DNA of 64,000 bases from Scyliorhinus canicula (taxonomy: Eukaryota). Positions 12,001 through 23,818 of the stretch are shown here, in pieces; position 1 is the first letter of the stretch; every line of letters starts with the position of its first letter. The position numbers and the translations under genes are program-made. The stretch covers positions 9,403,271-9,467,270 of the forward strand of contig NC_052175.1 in NCBI RefSeq assembly GCF_902713615.1, in the 5' to 3' direction. The notes beneath the pieces are model-generated. The model was not told the origin of the DNA. It searched no databases and saw only the letters and a program-made list of their open reading frames with translations.

Positions 12001-12645
12001 CCAGGTTGATAGGGTTGTGAAGAAGGCCTATGGTGTGTTGGCCTTTATTGGTAGAGGGATTGAGTTCCGGAGCCATGAGGTCATGATGCAGCTGTACCAA
12101 ACTCTGGTACGGCCGCATTTGGAGTATTGCGTACAGTTCTGGTCGCCTCATTATAGGAAGGACGTGGAAGCTTTGGAACGGGTGCAGAGGAGATTTACCA
12201 GGATGTTGCCTGGTATGGAGGGAAAATCTTATGAGGAAAGGCTGATGGACTTGAGGTTGTTTTCGTTAGAGAGAAGAAGGTTAAGAGGTGACTTAATAGA
12301 GGCATACAAAATGATCAGAGGGTTAGATAGGGTGGACAGCGAGAGCCTTCTCCCGCGGATGGAGGTGGCTAGCACGAGGGGACATAGCCTTAAATTGAGG
12401 GGTAATAGATATAGGACAGAGGTCAGAGGTGGGTTTTTTACGCAAAGAGTGGTGAGGCCGTGGAATGCCCTACCTGCAACAGTAGTGAACTCGCCAACAT
12501 TGAGGGCATTTAAAAATTTATTGGATAAGCATATGGATGATAAGGGCATAGTGTAGTTAGATGGCCTTTAGTTTTTTTTTTTCCATGTCGGTGCAACATC
12601 GAGGGCCGAAGGGCCTGTACTGCGCTGTATCGTTCTATGTTCTAT
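9048..12645 (+). mobile_element. Young 5'-truncated CR1 LINE (ORF1 esterase half, intact ORF2, 3' UTR and TTCTATG tail)
   Basis: ORF1 3' part (IGDSIVRG, VHIGTNDIG, DGLHLN; SGNH esterase) ends at TAA 9669-9671. Uninterrupted ORF2 follows. Tail GAGGGCCGAAGGGCCTGTACTGCGCTGTATCGTTCTATGTTCTA. Confidence 0.95.
9653..12556 (+). CDS. CR1 ORF2: APE-type endonuclease plus reverse transcriptase (967 codons, no stops)
   Basis: EN motifs YFNARS, ISETW, MGDFN, SDHN. RT motifs SPGPDGI, NYRPVSL, QHGF, AFDKVPH, GVPQGSVLGPLLF, KFADD. No in-frame ATG before the endonuclease. Confidence 0.95.
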   Translation: MGGFKLIQQGHGNLDCSFGVREIESREVRSTVLTSQEGGSVQVCGLKCVYFNARSIRNKVGELAAWVGTWDFDVVAISETWIEQGQEWLLQVPGFRCFSKVREGGKRGGGVALLVKDSITVVERMQDGDSSSEVVWAEVRNRKGEVTLLGVFYRPPNSSRDVEERMAKMILEKSESNRVVVMGDFNFPNIDWKRYSSSTLDGSFFVQCVQEGFLTQYVDRPTRGEVTLDLVLGNEPGQLLDLEVGEHFGDSDHNSVTFTLVMERDKYTPQSKSYSWGKGNYDAIRHDLGCVGWRSRLQGLGTLDMWSLFKEQLLHVLDKYVPVRQGGRGRAREPWFTKEVESLVKRKKEAYVKMRREVSVGALDSYKEARKDLKRELRRARRGHEKSLAGRIKENPKAFYRYVRNKRMTRVRVGPVKDSGGKLCVEAEEISEILNEYFSSVFTQEKDNIVEENAETQAIRIDGIEVRREEVLAILDKVKIDKSPGPDGIYPRILWEAREEIAEPLALIFRSSLATGIVPEDWRIANVVPLFKKGSRDNPGNYRPVSLTSVVGKVLERIIRDTIYNHLDRNNMIRDSQHGFVKGRSCLTNLIEFFEKVTEQVDEGRAVDVVYMDFSKAFDKVPHGRLLQKIRRLGIEGDLEMWIRNWLVERRQRVVVDGKCSEWSSVTSGVPQGSVLGPLLFVIFINDLEEGAEGWVSKFADDTKVGGVVDSAEGCCRLQRDIDKLQSWAERWQMEFNVEKCEVIHFGKNNRNAEYLANGKILGSVDEQRDLGVHVHRSLKVATQVDRVVKKAYGVLAFIGRGIEFRSHEVMMQLYQTLVRPHLEYCVQFWSPHYRKDVEALERVQRRFTRMLPGMEGKSYEERLMDLRLFSLERRRLRGDLIEAYKMIRGLDRVDSESLLPRMEVASTRGHSLKLRGNRYRTEVRGGFFTQRVVRPWNALPATVVNSPTLRAFKNLLDKHMDDKGIV

Positions 12646-13335
12646 TAAGTGTGAGGTTGTATAAATATCAATGCGGAATACAGTGTTAACGGTAGTGTAA
12701 TATAGAGGCAATTTAGAGGAGCAGAGCGACCTTGGGGTCCATGTTCATAGATCTTTGAAAGTTGCCGATCAAGTGGATAGAGCTGTGAAGAAGGCCTATG
12801 GTGTGCTCGCGTTCATTAGCAGAGGGATTGAACTTAAGAGCCGTGAGGTGATGATGCAGCTGTATAAAACCTTGGTAAGGACATATTTGAGTACTGTGTG
12901 CAGTTCTGGTCATCTCATTTTAGGAAGGATGTGGAAGCTTTGGAAAAGGTGCAAAGAAGATTTATCAGGATGTTGCCTTGAATGGAGAGTATGTCTTACG
13001 AGGAAGGGTTGAGGGTGCTAGGCCTTAGAACGGAGCAGGATGAGGGGCGACTTGATAGGGGTTTATAAGATGATCAGGGGAATATATAGAGTACATAATC
13101 AGAGTCTTTTCCCCGGGTGGAACAAACCATTACAAGGGGACAAAAATGTAAGATGAATGGAGGAAGTTATAGGGGAGATGTCAGAGGTAGGTTCTTTACC
13201 CAGAGTGTAGTGGGGGCATGGAATGTACTGTCTGTGGAAGTAGTTGAGTCTGAAACGTTAGTGACCTTCAAGCGTCTATTGGATAGGTACATGGATTATG
13301 GCATAATAATGGAGTGCAGATTAATGTGTTCTTAA

Positions 13336-13630
13336 GGGCAGCACGGTAGCATTGTGGATAGCACAATTGCTTCACAGCTCCATGGTCCCAGGTTCGATTT
13401 CGGCTTGGGTCACTGTCTGTGTGGAGTCTGCACATCCTCCCCGTGTGTATGAGGGTTTCCTCCGGGTGCTCTGGTTTTCTCCCACAGTCCAAAGATGTGC
13501 AGGTTGGGTCGATTGGCCATGATAAATTGCCCTTAGTGTCCACCATTCCATGATCTTTGATTAACCTAAGCCAAAAGTTTGGCACAACATTGTGGGCGGA
13601 AGGGCCTGTTCTGTGCTGTATTTATCTATA
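13336..13630 (+). mobile_element. V-SINE (HE1-like)
   Basis: GGGCAGCACGGTAGC head, V domain and CR1-like tail. Confidence 0.9.
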
Positions 13631-13649
13631 ACACGTATTTCTCTATAAC

Positions 13650-14250
13650 GAAGCGCTCTCCTGTCAGGTGGATGTGCCGTTAAGAAATGGGTGTTTATCA
13701 AATAGTTACAGTGATGTCAATATTTGGGTGGAGCTGGGATGTCTGTCTGTCTTTAATTTTAGTTTTTGAGCTGGGACCTGCAATGTGTTTTTGGTTTCGT
13801 TTCAGAGGTGGAACACTTCATTCATAGCAAGCAGCTGTATAATAATCTCAGTCTCCAGAAGGTAAGGAATAGCTCCAGTTCATTAACAATTTCTAAGTAA
13901 TACCTGTTTCTGTAGTGCATTTAAACCTGCTGTCTTTATATTAAAAAGCATTTAACTGATCGATGTTGTTTGGGAAGTTATTAAGGGTTACCTATCGTGT
14001 ATTGTATTTGGGAACATGTCAGTGATTGTAGTTGATAATCTGGTTACTGTGTGTTTATACCATGTTAACTGGATTAATAGAATAAACATTGCTTTGTTTC
14101 AAAAATTCTTTAACTCTCTATTTCACCAAACGTGGGCCCTTGTGACCCCACACAAAAAATATATTTAAAGTTGTGGGTCAGATGAACTCCATGATGTGCT
14201 TTGGGGTTCTCTAAACCCTGGCCCATAATAATACCGGGGGCTCGTCCGTG
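13650..14250 (+). mobile_element. Gypsy-type LTR (probably 5'-truncated) with tRNA-Pro primer-binding site
   Basis: LTR ends CTTTGGGGTTCTCTAAACCCTGGCCCATAATA, followed by CGGGGGCTCGTCCG (14235-14248), matching the tRNA-Pro PBS TGGGGGCTCGTCCGGGA. Gypsy RT lies downstream. Confidence 0.65.
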
Positions 14251-14622
14251 ATACAAGTCTCTCTATTTTTGATCTTTAAGTCATCTTTGTCTACCGAAAT
14301 AGTGCCAGAAGACTGGAGGATAGCAAATGCTGTCCCCTTGTTCAAGAAGGGGAGTAGAGAAAACTCGGGTACCTATAGACCAGTGAGCCTGACTTCTGTT
14401 GTGGAAAAAGACTTTGAAAGGTTCATAAGAGATAGGATGTATAATCATCTGGAAAGGAATAATTTGATTAGAGATAGTCAACATGGTTTTGTGAAGGGAA
14501 GGTCGTGCCTCACAAACCTCATTGAGGTCTTCGAGAAGGTGACCAAACAGGTGGATGAGGGTAAAGCAGTTGATGTGGTGTATATGGATTTCAGTAAAGC
14601 ATTTAATAAGGTTCACCATTGC
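14251..14622 (+). mobile_element. CR1 RT fragment
   Basis: VPEDWRIANAVPLFKKG...QHGFVKGRSCLTNL...YMDFSKAF. Confidence 0.9.
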
Positions 14623-14755
14623 AGCTTTGACAAAGAGTCATCGGACTCGAAACGTTAGCTCTTTTCTCTCCCGACAGATGCTGCCAGACTTGCTGAAATT
14701 GTCCAGCATATTCCCTTTCGAAACAGATTCCAGCATCCGCAGTAATTTGCTTTTA
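14623..14755 (+). mobile_element. Penelope-like pLTR fragment with hammerhead-like motif
   Basis: TTGACAAA GAGTC ATCG GACTC GAAAC (stem II intact, core mutated), followed by AGATGCTGCCAGACTTGCTGA. A related remnant lies near 55620-55690. Confidence 0.6.
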
Positions 14756-14769
14756 TCATGATGTAAGAG

Positions 14770-16345
14770 GACCGCTTAAATTGATTGAGGAAAATTTGGT
14801 GTGAGCAGTCAGAACTTGCTTTATTGGATTTCGTGTCAAATTTTAGGGAACAATTAAATAGAGCTGGGGAATTGGCTGGACAACATTTAATAGTTGCACA
14901 AAATGTGATGAAACAGTAGCCAAAGAAAGCAAAAGTTCGTAGTTTTGCCTGTGGAGTTAAAGTTTTAGTGTTGTAACCAATGGTTGATGAACCTTTAAAA
15001 GTAATGTTTTGTGGACCTTATCAGACTGGCAGAAGGTCAAGTGAGGTGAATAACGTGGTAAGAACGCCAGATAGAAGGAAAACTAACTGAGTGTGTCATG
15101 TGAACATGCCGAAAAGGTATTTTGAAAGGGAAGGAGAGCAAAAGGATTAGATTCTATTTATTTTAACTCAAAGTAAAGAACCAAATCCAGATGACTGTGA
15201 ATTTGACATTCCTCAAATTCAATTGGAAACCGGGGACGTTCTTTAAAAAATGGATATATTGTTGAGTTCCTTCCAGAGGAAAAACGAACTGACCTGAAAG
15301 TGTTATTGATATCGTATGGGGAAGTTCTCGAAAGTTGGGAAGGACGAAAATGGCTGTACATAATGTCGATGTGGGAAATGCTCTTCCAAATAAACAGCAT
15401 TCATATAGACTTAACCCTTTAAAATTGGCACAGGTTAACAGAGAGATTAAGAGTATACTTAAATATGGCATAATTGAAGTGTGTTGCAGCCAACCAAACT
15501 AACTCTTAGTGATGGTACCGAATCCAGACGGTACCCAACGTTTGTGTGCGGACTTTAGAAAGGTTAATGCAGTTACAAGAACGGACTCTTATCCCATCCC
15601 ACGTTTGTTGGATTGCATTGAGAAGGTGGGACAATCAGCTTTTATTTCCAAACGGGATTTACTTAAATGTCACTGACCTTTATCCGAAAGGGCGAAGGAG
15701 ATTTCAGCTTTTGTGACTCCAGATGGTACAGACCAATTCAAAGTTATGCCATTTGGCATGAAAAACGCCCCAGTCCCATTTTAACGGTTAACTAAAAAAA
15801 TTGTTACAGGATTACCCAATTGTGCGCTGTCCATCGACGATCTGGTAGTTTTCAGTCAGCCATGGAAAGAACATTTAAAGCATCAGGTGGAGATATTCGA
15901 TTGACTTCAGGAGGCATGTTTGCTGGTAAACCTAGCCAAAAGTGAATTTGGTAAAGTCCAAGACACTTTCCTTGGCCACTAAATCGAACAGTATGGCATT
16001 GTCCCACGGGTTGCGAAAACAAAATGTATTGGCGAGTTTACAGTACCTTCGACACAAAGGGAAAAAATGCGATTTCTTGGCATGAGTGGATTTTACCCGA
16101 AATTTGTGCCGAACTTTAGCAGCGTGGCTGCTCGATTGACGGACTTGCTGAAGAAACGCTGCAGATTTTACTGGGCAGCGAAGTGTCAACAGCCATTGGG
16201 CTGACATAAGGCTCTGATCGGATTGAACGAAAGTATCTGACTTTAAAGAAAAATGCCGGGGAGTAGAGAAATGGATGGATCGTACAGGTTTCTCTTGTTC
16301 AAAGAGAATGTAAATCAAGAGCGATTCATTTTGGCTGATATAGGA
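14770..16345 (+). mobile_element. Gypsy LTR retrotransposon pol remnant (RT and linker)
   Basis: Plus-strand translation KQHSYRLNP...DGTQRLCADFRKVNAVTRTDSYPIPRL, MPFGMKNAP, SIDDLVVFS (YIDD), RFLGMSGFYPKFVPNFSSVAARLTDLLKK. Disrupted. Confidence 0.85.
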
Positions 16346-16489
16346 CTAAATTGGATTATGTCCTTATAAATGTTTGCATGTTTTGTTTTATTTAAAAAGT
16401 ATAATCAGTCAATATTTCTTGACGGAAAGTGAAAAGGTGAAAAATAAAACCATCTTGAAGTTGATGGTTTATTTATTTTTTCTTGGGTG

Positions 16490-19400
16490 GAGTTGTCAAG
16501 TGCATGTACCTTTCAGCCTCCACATCCTTCTGGCAGTGTGGCGACCTGAATTGAACACTATATTCCAAATGTGGCCTAACTAAGGGTTGATACAGCTGCA
16601 ACATCACTTGCCAAGTTTTATACTCAATGTCCCGGCCAATGAAGACAAGCATCCCGTATGCCTTCTTGACTAACTTTTCAACCTCCGTTGCCCCTTTCAG
16701 TGACCTGTGGAACTGTACACCTAGATCTCTCTTACTTTCAATGCTCTTGAGGGTTCTACCATTCACTATATATTCCCTACCGGCATTAGACATTACAAAA
16801 TGCTTTACCTCACAATTGTACGGATTAATCTCCATCTGCCATCTCGACGCCCAAGTCTCCAAACGAACTAAATCCTGCTGTGTCCTCGGACAGTCATCAC
16901 TATCCGTAATTCCACCAAACTTTGTGTCGTCTGCAAACTTACTAATCAGACCAGTTACATTTTCCTCCAAATCATTTATATGTACTACGAACAGCAAAGG
17001 TCCCAGCACTGATCCCTGCGGAACACCAATAGTCACAGCCTTCCAATTAGAAAACACCCTTCCATTGTTACTCTGTGCCTTCTTTGAACTAGACAGTTTT
17101 GTATCCACCTTGTCAGCTCACCTCTGATCCCGTTTGACTTCAAGTTTTGTACCAGTCAACGTTGAGGCACCTTGTCAAAGGCCTTACTGAAGTCCATATA
17201 GACAACATCGACTGCCTTACCTGCATGAATGATATTTGTGACCTTTTCGAAGAGTTATATCAAGCTAGTGAGACACAACATCACCTTCACAAAACCATGG
17301 TGCCTCTCACTAGTATGTCCAGTTGCTTCCAAATGGGAGTAGATCCTGTCTTCAAGAATTCTCTCTGGCAATTCCCCTACCACTGACGTAAGGCTTACCG
17401 GCCTGTAGTTCCCTGGATTATCCTTCTTAAACAAAGGAACAATATTGGCTATTCTCCAGTCGTCTGGGAAATCACCTGAAGAGAGTGAGGATCAAAAGAC
17501 TTTTGTCAAGGCCTAAGCAGTTTTCTGTCAAGCCTCCTTCAGTATTCAGGGGTAGATCCCATCAGGCTCTGGGGACGTATCTACCTTAATATTTTGCAAG
17601 ACGCCCAACACCTCGTCTTTTTGGATGTCAATGTGACGCAGGCTATCTACACACCCTTCTCCAGACTCAACATCCACCAATTCCTTCTCTTTGGTGAATA
17701 CTGATGCAAAGTATTCATTTAGTACCTCGCCCATTTCCTCTGGCTCCACACATAGATCCCCTGGCCAGTCGTTCAGTGGGATAACACTTCCCCTGGCTAC
17801 CCTCTTGCTTTTTATGTACGTGCAAAAAGCATTGGGATTTTACTTAACCCTTTTTGGCAATGACTTTTCGTGATCCCTTCTCGCCCTCCTGACTCCTTGC
17901 TTAAGTTCCTTCCTACTTTCCTTATATTCCACACGGGCTTCGCCTGTTCCCGGCCTTCTAGCCCTGACAAATTACTCCTTTTTCTTTTTGACGAGGCCTA
18001 AATATCTCTCGTTATCCAAAGTTCCTGAAATTTAACGTATTTATCCTTCTTCCTCACAGGAACATGCCGGTCCTAAATTCCTTTCAAGTAACACTTGAAA
18101 GCCTCCTACATGTCGGATGTTGATTTACACTGAAACGTCCGCCCTCAACCTAGGTTCTTCAGTTCCCGCCTAATATTTTTACAATTAGCCTTCCCCCAAT
18201 TTAGCACATTCACCATAGGTGAAGTCCTTGTCCACCAGCACTTTACAACTTACGGAATTGTGGTCACTGTTCCCGAAATGCCTCCCTACTCAAACTTCTA
18301 ATATCTGGCAGGGCTCATTCCCCAATACTAGGTCCAGTACAGCCCCTTCCCTAGTTGGACTGTCTACATATTGTTTTAAGAAGCCCTCCTGGATGTTCCT
18401 TATAAACTATGCCTCGTCTGAGCCCGAAGCACTGTGATTCCCAGTCAATATTGGGGAAGTTGAAGTCTCCCATCAGAACAACCCTGTTGTTTTTACTCTT
18501 TTCCAAAATCTGTCTACCTGTCTGCTCCTCTATCTCCCGCTGGCTGTTGATAAGCCTGTAGTAAACCCCCAACATTGTGACTGCACGCTTCCTATTCCTG
18601 ATGTCGAGCCATATAACCTCACTGCCCTCTGAGGTGTCCTCCCGTAGTGCAGCTGTGATATTTTCCCTAACCAGAAGCTGAACTCCGCCACCCCTTTTCC
18701 AGCCCCCTCTATCCCGCCTGAAACGTCTAAATCCTGGAACATTTAGCTCCCAATCCTGTCCGTCCCTCACACAGATCTCTGTAATGGCAACAACATCAAA
18801 GTTCCAAGTACTAGTCCAAAGCTCTACGTTCATCTGCCTCCCCGTAATACTTAATGCATGAAAAGATACGCACTTCAGGCCACCAGACCCGCTGTGCTCA
18901 GCAACATCTCCCTGTCTGCTCTACCTCAGACCCATATTGGCCATATTCCCTAGATCTCACTCAATGCTTCCACCTTCGGAACTATTGCTCCGGTGCCCGC
19001 CCCCTGCCATACTAGATTAAACTCACCCGTGTGACTCTAGCAAAACTCGTGGACAGGATTTTTACGCCTCTCCAGTTGAGATGCAACCCATTCTTCTTGT
19101 ACAGGTCACACCTGCCCCGAAGGAGCTCCCAGTGGTCCAGATAACGGAAAAATTCCTTCCTATACCAGCTGCTGAGCCACGTGTTTAGCTACTCTATCTT
19201 CCTATTTCTAGCCTCACTGGCACGTGTCACAGGGAGTAATCCCGAGATTACGCCCCTAGATGCCCTGTCTTTTTAAATTTCTGCCTAGCTACCTGAACTC
19301 CTGCTGCAGGACCCCATACTACTCCCTGCGTATGTCGTTTGTACCAATATGTATCTCGACCTCTGACTGTTTTCCCTCCCCCTTCAGGATGCCCGCTACT

Positions 19401-20430
19401 CGTTCATAGACATCCTGGACCCTGGCACCAGGGAGGCAACATACCATCCTGGAGTTCCTTCCACGTCCACAGAAGCGCCTATCTGTGTCCCTGACTATAG
19501 AGTCCTTGATGACTATTGCTCTTCTGCGCTTTGACCCTCCCTTCTGAACATCAGAGCCAGCCGTGGTGCCACTGCTCTGGCTGCTGCTGTTTTCCCTGAT
19601 AGACTAACCAACAGAAAGTATACAAAGGGGTATACCTGTTCGAGAGGGGGACAACCACAGGGGATTCCTGCACTGACTGATTGTCCTTTCTCTGCCTGAA
19701 CCTTGGGTGTGGCCACATTTATATAACTGCTATCTATGACACTTTCCGCCACCTGCAAGCTCCTAAGTGCATCCAACTGCTGCTCCAACTGAACCATGCA
19801 GTCTGTGAGGAGCTCATGTCGGGTGCAGTTTCTGCAGCTGAAGCCATCCGGAACCCTGGAAGCCTCCCGGACCTGCTACATCTCACAGTCAGGGCACTGC
19901 ACCCCACTAATTGACATTACGTCAATTAATTAGTAAATTAAACTTAAACGTTTTTTTTTAATGTTACTGTTGACTCTATGTTTCCTCGCACTAGATTTCT
20001 ACTATAAATGTGAAAGCTAAATACAACACACTCCGATCTCTGGCTTAGACCCTCCTCTAAATTATAATTAAGTAATACTTACACTAATTATGTTCAATTA
20101 GTTTAACAATGCTTAATTTTTAAATTTAGCTTCCTAACCAGCCAATCACGTCACAACTTTGTTCAGCACACTTTGGTCCCCCCCCACCCCGTTCCCCGCC
20201 ACGCACTCTGAAAAGGTAATACAAATAAATAAAAATAACTTACATCTCCAATTTACCAGATGTTCCCTGGTTCTCTCGCAGCAGATTAAAAATTACAGGC
20301 CAGAGGAAAGGGAGAGAATAAAGCAGCAGGGAAAGAGCACCTTCTCCCACGCTGCACCAAATTACCAAGTTCCAAATTCCCACTCTGGATGTGTCTCACT
20401 CCGGCTGTGTGTCAATCACTTGCGCAAAGC
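16490..20430 (-). mobile_element. Degraded near-full-length CR1 LINE, 3'-truncated
   Basis: RT (GVPQGSVLGPLLF, KFADD) at 16473-17108, EN at 18351-18833, ORF1 zipper/esterase at 19020-19900, and 5' UTR to about 20430. Confidence 0.9.
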
Positions 20431-20669
20431 TGTCACTCGGTGTGATCCATTGATTATTTTAATAATAGATTTAAGTGGATACATCAATGCAATCTGGATC
20501 TGCTCCCTGAACCTGGACAGAGTTTCCACATAAATTAACGTGCTCCTGCTGCAATTTATATTCACCAGTATTTTTCCAACTTCCTGTAAATTATATTGAG
20601 GAATGGTGAGGTAAATTAATCTTCCCAAATCAATATAGAAAAATGTAACAACAAAAACCGTCCACAGGA

Positions 20670-22075
20670 ATGGTAGCAATGATAATCCAGGGAACAACTG
20701 GTCGCTGAGCCTTATGTCACTGGTAGGGAAATTACTGGAGTTTTCTTCGAGGCAGGATCTACACTCATTCGGAAGCAAATGGAAGTTTTAGCGAGAGGCA
20801 GCACGGTTTTGTGAAGGGGAGGTCGTGTCTCACTATCCAAATCGTGTTTTTCGAAGAGGTCACAAAGATGACTGATGCTGGCAGGGCAGTGCATGTTGTC
20901 TGTATAGACTTCAGTAAGGCATTTGACAAGGTCCTTCATGGCATACTGGTACAAAAGGTGAAGACACACGGGATCAGGGGTGAGCTGGCAAGATGGAAAC
21001 AGAACTGGCTGTGTCACAGAAGGAGAGAGTAGCAGTGGAAGGGTGCTTTTCTGATAGGAGGGCTGTGATCAGAGTTGTTCCGCAGGGGTCAGTGCTGGGA
21101 CCTTTGCTGTTCGTAGTATATATAAATGATGTGGAGGAAAATGGGATTGGTCTGATGAGTAAGTTTGCAGCCGACACAAAGTTTGATGGAATTGCGGATA
21201 GCGATTAGGACTATCAGAGGACACAGCGGGATTTAAATGGTTTGGAGACTTGGGCGGAGGGATGGCAGATGGAGTTTAATCCGTACAAATGTGAGGTAAT
21301 GCATTTTGGAAGGTCTACTGCAGGTAGGGACTATACAGTGAATGGTAGAACGCTCAAGTGTTGATAGTCAGAGAGATCTAGATGTACAGGTCCACAGGTC
21401 ACTGAAAGGTGCAACACAGGTGGAGAAGGTAGTCAAGAAGGCATACGGCATGGTTGCCTTCTTTGGACGCGGCATTGAGTATAAAAATTGGCATGTCATG
21501 TTGCCGCTGTATAGAAAATTAGTTAGGCCTCACTTGGACTATAGTGTTCAATTCTGGTCGCCACACTACCAGAAGGAGGCTTTAGAGAGGAGTAAGAAGA
21601 GATTTACCAGGATGTTGCCTGGCACAGAGTGCATTAGCTATGAGAGGTGGAGTAAACACGTTTTGTTCTCACTGGAACGACGGAGGTTGTTGGGCGAACT
21701 GATAGAGGTCTACAAAATTATGAGGAGCATAGACATCGTGGATAGTCAGGGTTTTTTTTCCCAGGGTAGAGTGGTCAATTACTACGGGGGATAGGCTTTA
21801 GGTGCGAGGGGCAAGGATTAGAGGAGACGTACGAGACAAGTTGTTTACATAGAGGGTTGTGGGTGCTTGGAACTCGCTGCCGGAGGAGGTGGTGGACGCA
21901 GGGACGATAGTGACTTTTAAGTGACATATTGACAAATACATCAATGGGATGGGAATAGAGGGATACTGACCCCAGACGTGCAGAAGATTTTATTTCGTCG
22001 GACACCCTGGTCGGCACAGGCTTGGAGGGCCGAAATGCGTGTTCCTATGTTGTACTTTTCTTTGTTCTTTGTTGT
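20670..22075 (+). mobile_element. CR1 3' half, degraded
   Basis: RT motifs (KGRSCLT, VPQGSVLGPLLF, KFAAD), C-terminal domain and GAGGGCCGAA tail. Confidence 0.9.
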
Positions 22076-22885
22076 AAATCCCAAGGCCCGATGGGATCTA
22101 CCCAGAATACTGAAGGAGGCTGGAAAGGAAATTGACAGACATCTTTGGATCCAGACTGTCTGTAGGTGATATTCAGGAGGACTGGAGAATAGCCAATATT
22201 GTTCCTTTGTTTAGGAAGTGCAGCAAGCATAATCCAGCGCACAACAGGGCGGTGAGCTTTACGTCTGTGGTAGGGAAATTACTGGAGAGAATTCTTAGAG
22301 ACATGATCTCCTCCTGTTTGGAATTAAATGGACGTATTAGCGACAGGCAGCACGGTTTTGTGAAGGGGAAGTCGTGTCTCACTAAGTTGATAGAGTTTTT
22401 CGACGATGTCACAAAGATGACTGATGCAGGCAGGGCAGCGCATGTTGTCTATATGGACTTCAGTAAGGCCTTTAACAAGGCCCCTCATGGCAGACTGGTA
22501 CAAAAAGTGAGGTTAGACGGGATAAGAGGTGAGCTGGCAAGATGGAAACAGAACTGGCTGTGTCATAAGGAGTAGCAATGGAAGGGTGCTTTTCTGATTG
22601 GAGGGCCGTGACTAGTGGTGATCCGGAGGTATCAGTGCTGGCACCTTTACTGTTCGTAGTATATATATATTTATATATATAAATATATATAAATGATTCG
22701 AAGGAAAATGTAACTGGTCTGATTAGTAAGTTTGCAGACGACACAAATGTTGGTGGAATTGCGGATAGTCATGAGGATCGTCAGAGGATACAGCAGGATT
22801 GAGATCGTTTGGAGATGGGCGGAGAGATGGCTGATGGAGTTTAATCCGGACAAATGCGAGGTCATGCATTTTGTAAGGTATAATG
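22076..22885 (+). mobile_element. CR1 RT fragment
   Basis: EDWRIANIVPLF...QHGFVKGKSCLT...KFADD. Confidence 0.85.
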
Positions 22886-23413
22886 CAGGTCGGGAATATA
22901 CAGTGCGCTGCTGCAGCTCTTTCCCAGATCAGAGCTCTTCATTCCTCATTCAGAACAGTCCAATTGCAGGTGATAGGCAATTGATATCGTCACCCGTGTA
23001 GGAAATCACTCCCTTACTATTACTCCCTAATACTGGTATGAGATATTAAATCGAAAAGCCTTGCCAAGCACTTCTGGGCTGTACAGAAATACATGTTCTC
23101 TCTGAGCGGAAGAGCGGTGTGTGCCTGTGTGCGTGTGTCAGTGGTGTGAGCGTTGGGGAGGAAGGTGTTCGCCCCCGTGTACCAGGATCAATCATTGGCC
23201 CTGAACACAGACAATTAAAAATCACATGACCTTGGCCATTGACACATTGTTGATTCAGAGCTCTTGCTCTGCCGAAATTTAGCTGCAGCGTTCCCTACAT
23301 AGCAACATCGACTATACTTCCATTAGTCCTGAAGGGTGTCACTTTCTCTCTTTGTCCTGGTATTCATTCGATTGTATCTTGTCACTAGATTACACCCGGT
23401 GCTGCCGTCCATA

Positions 23414-23818
23414 CAAGCAGATCGGACATGCTGCCATACAAGTCTTGTGACTGCACATCCTTTAGGTAGTTCAAAGTCAGAGATCCTAAATAATCGGGGT
23501 CTGGGACAATACAACCTGAGACACAATAACTGTGAGAGGCACAATGATTCGCCATTCAATTGTTACCCTCGGCATTTGATTCAAATTGGATTCATGAATG
23601 AGGGAACGGGATATTTTATAGTTTACTCTTGCACCCCATCCTTCATTGGGAATATCGTCACTTGCCCTGCGACAACAGAACCGCTGGTTTTGTCTCTCAC
23701 AGTTATTTTGTCTCAGGTAGTTTTGTCCCAGACTACGTCAATTCAGACTCTCTGACTTTGAACTACCCAAAAGGTGCACAGTCACAAGGCTTGTTTGACA
23801 GCATGTCCGATCTGCTTG
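23414..23818. mobile_element. MITE-like foldback element with about 130-bp imperfect terminal inverted repeats
   Basis: CAAGCAGATCGGACATGCTG...AACTGTGAGA (23414-about 23540) is the reverse complement, with mismatches, of about 23693-23818. The spacer is non-coding. Confidence 0.75.

Larger units (their letters stand above)
5885..13330 (+). mobile_element. Old, originally full-length CR1 LINE, interrupted by a V-SINE (7061-7394) and a younger CR1 (9048-12645)
   Basis: ORF1 remnant (MEAREVACSSCRMW zinc finger, LRDRVRELELELDEL zipper, esterase) at about 6113-7025. EN/RT remnants at 7395-9047 (FADD). RT C-terminus and 3' end resume at 12646 (KCEV...LGVHVHRSLKV). Many stops and frameshifts. Confidence 0.85.
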
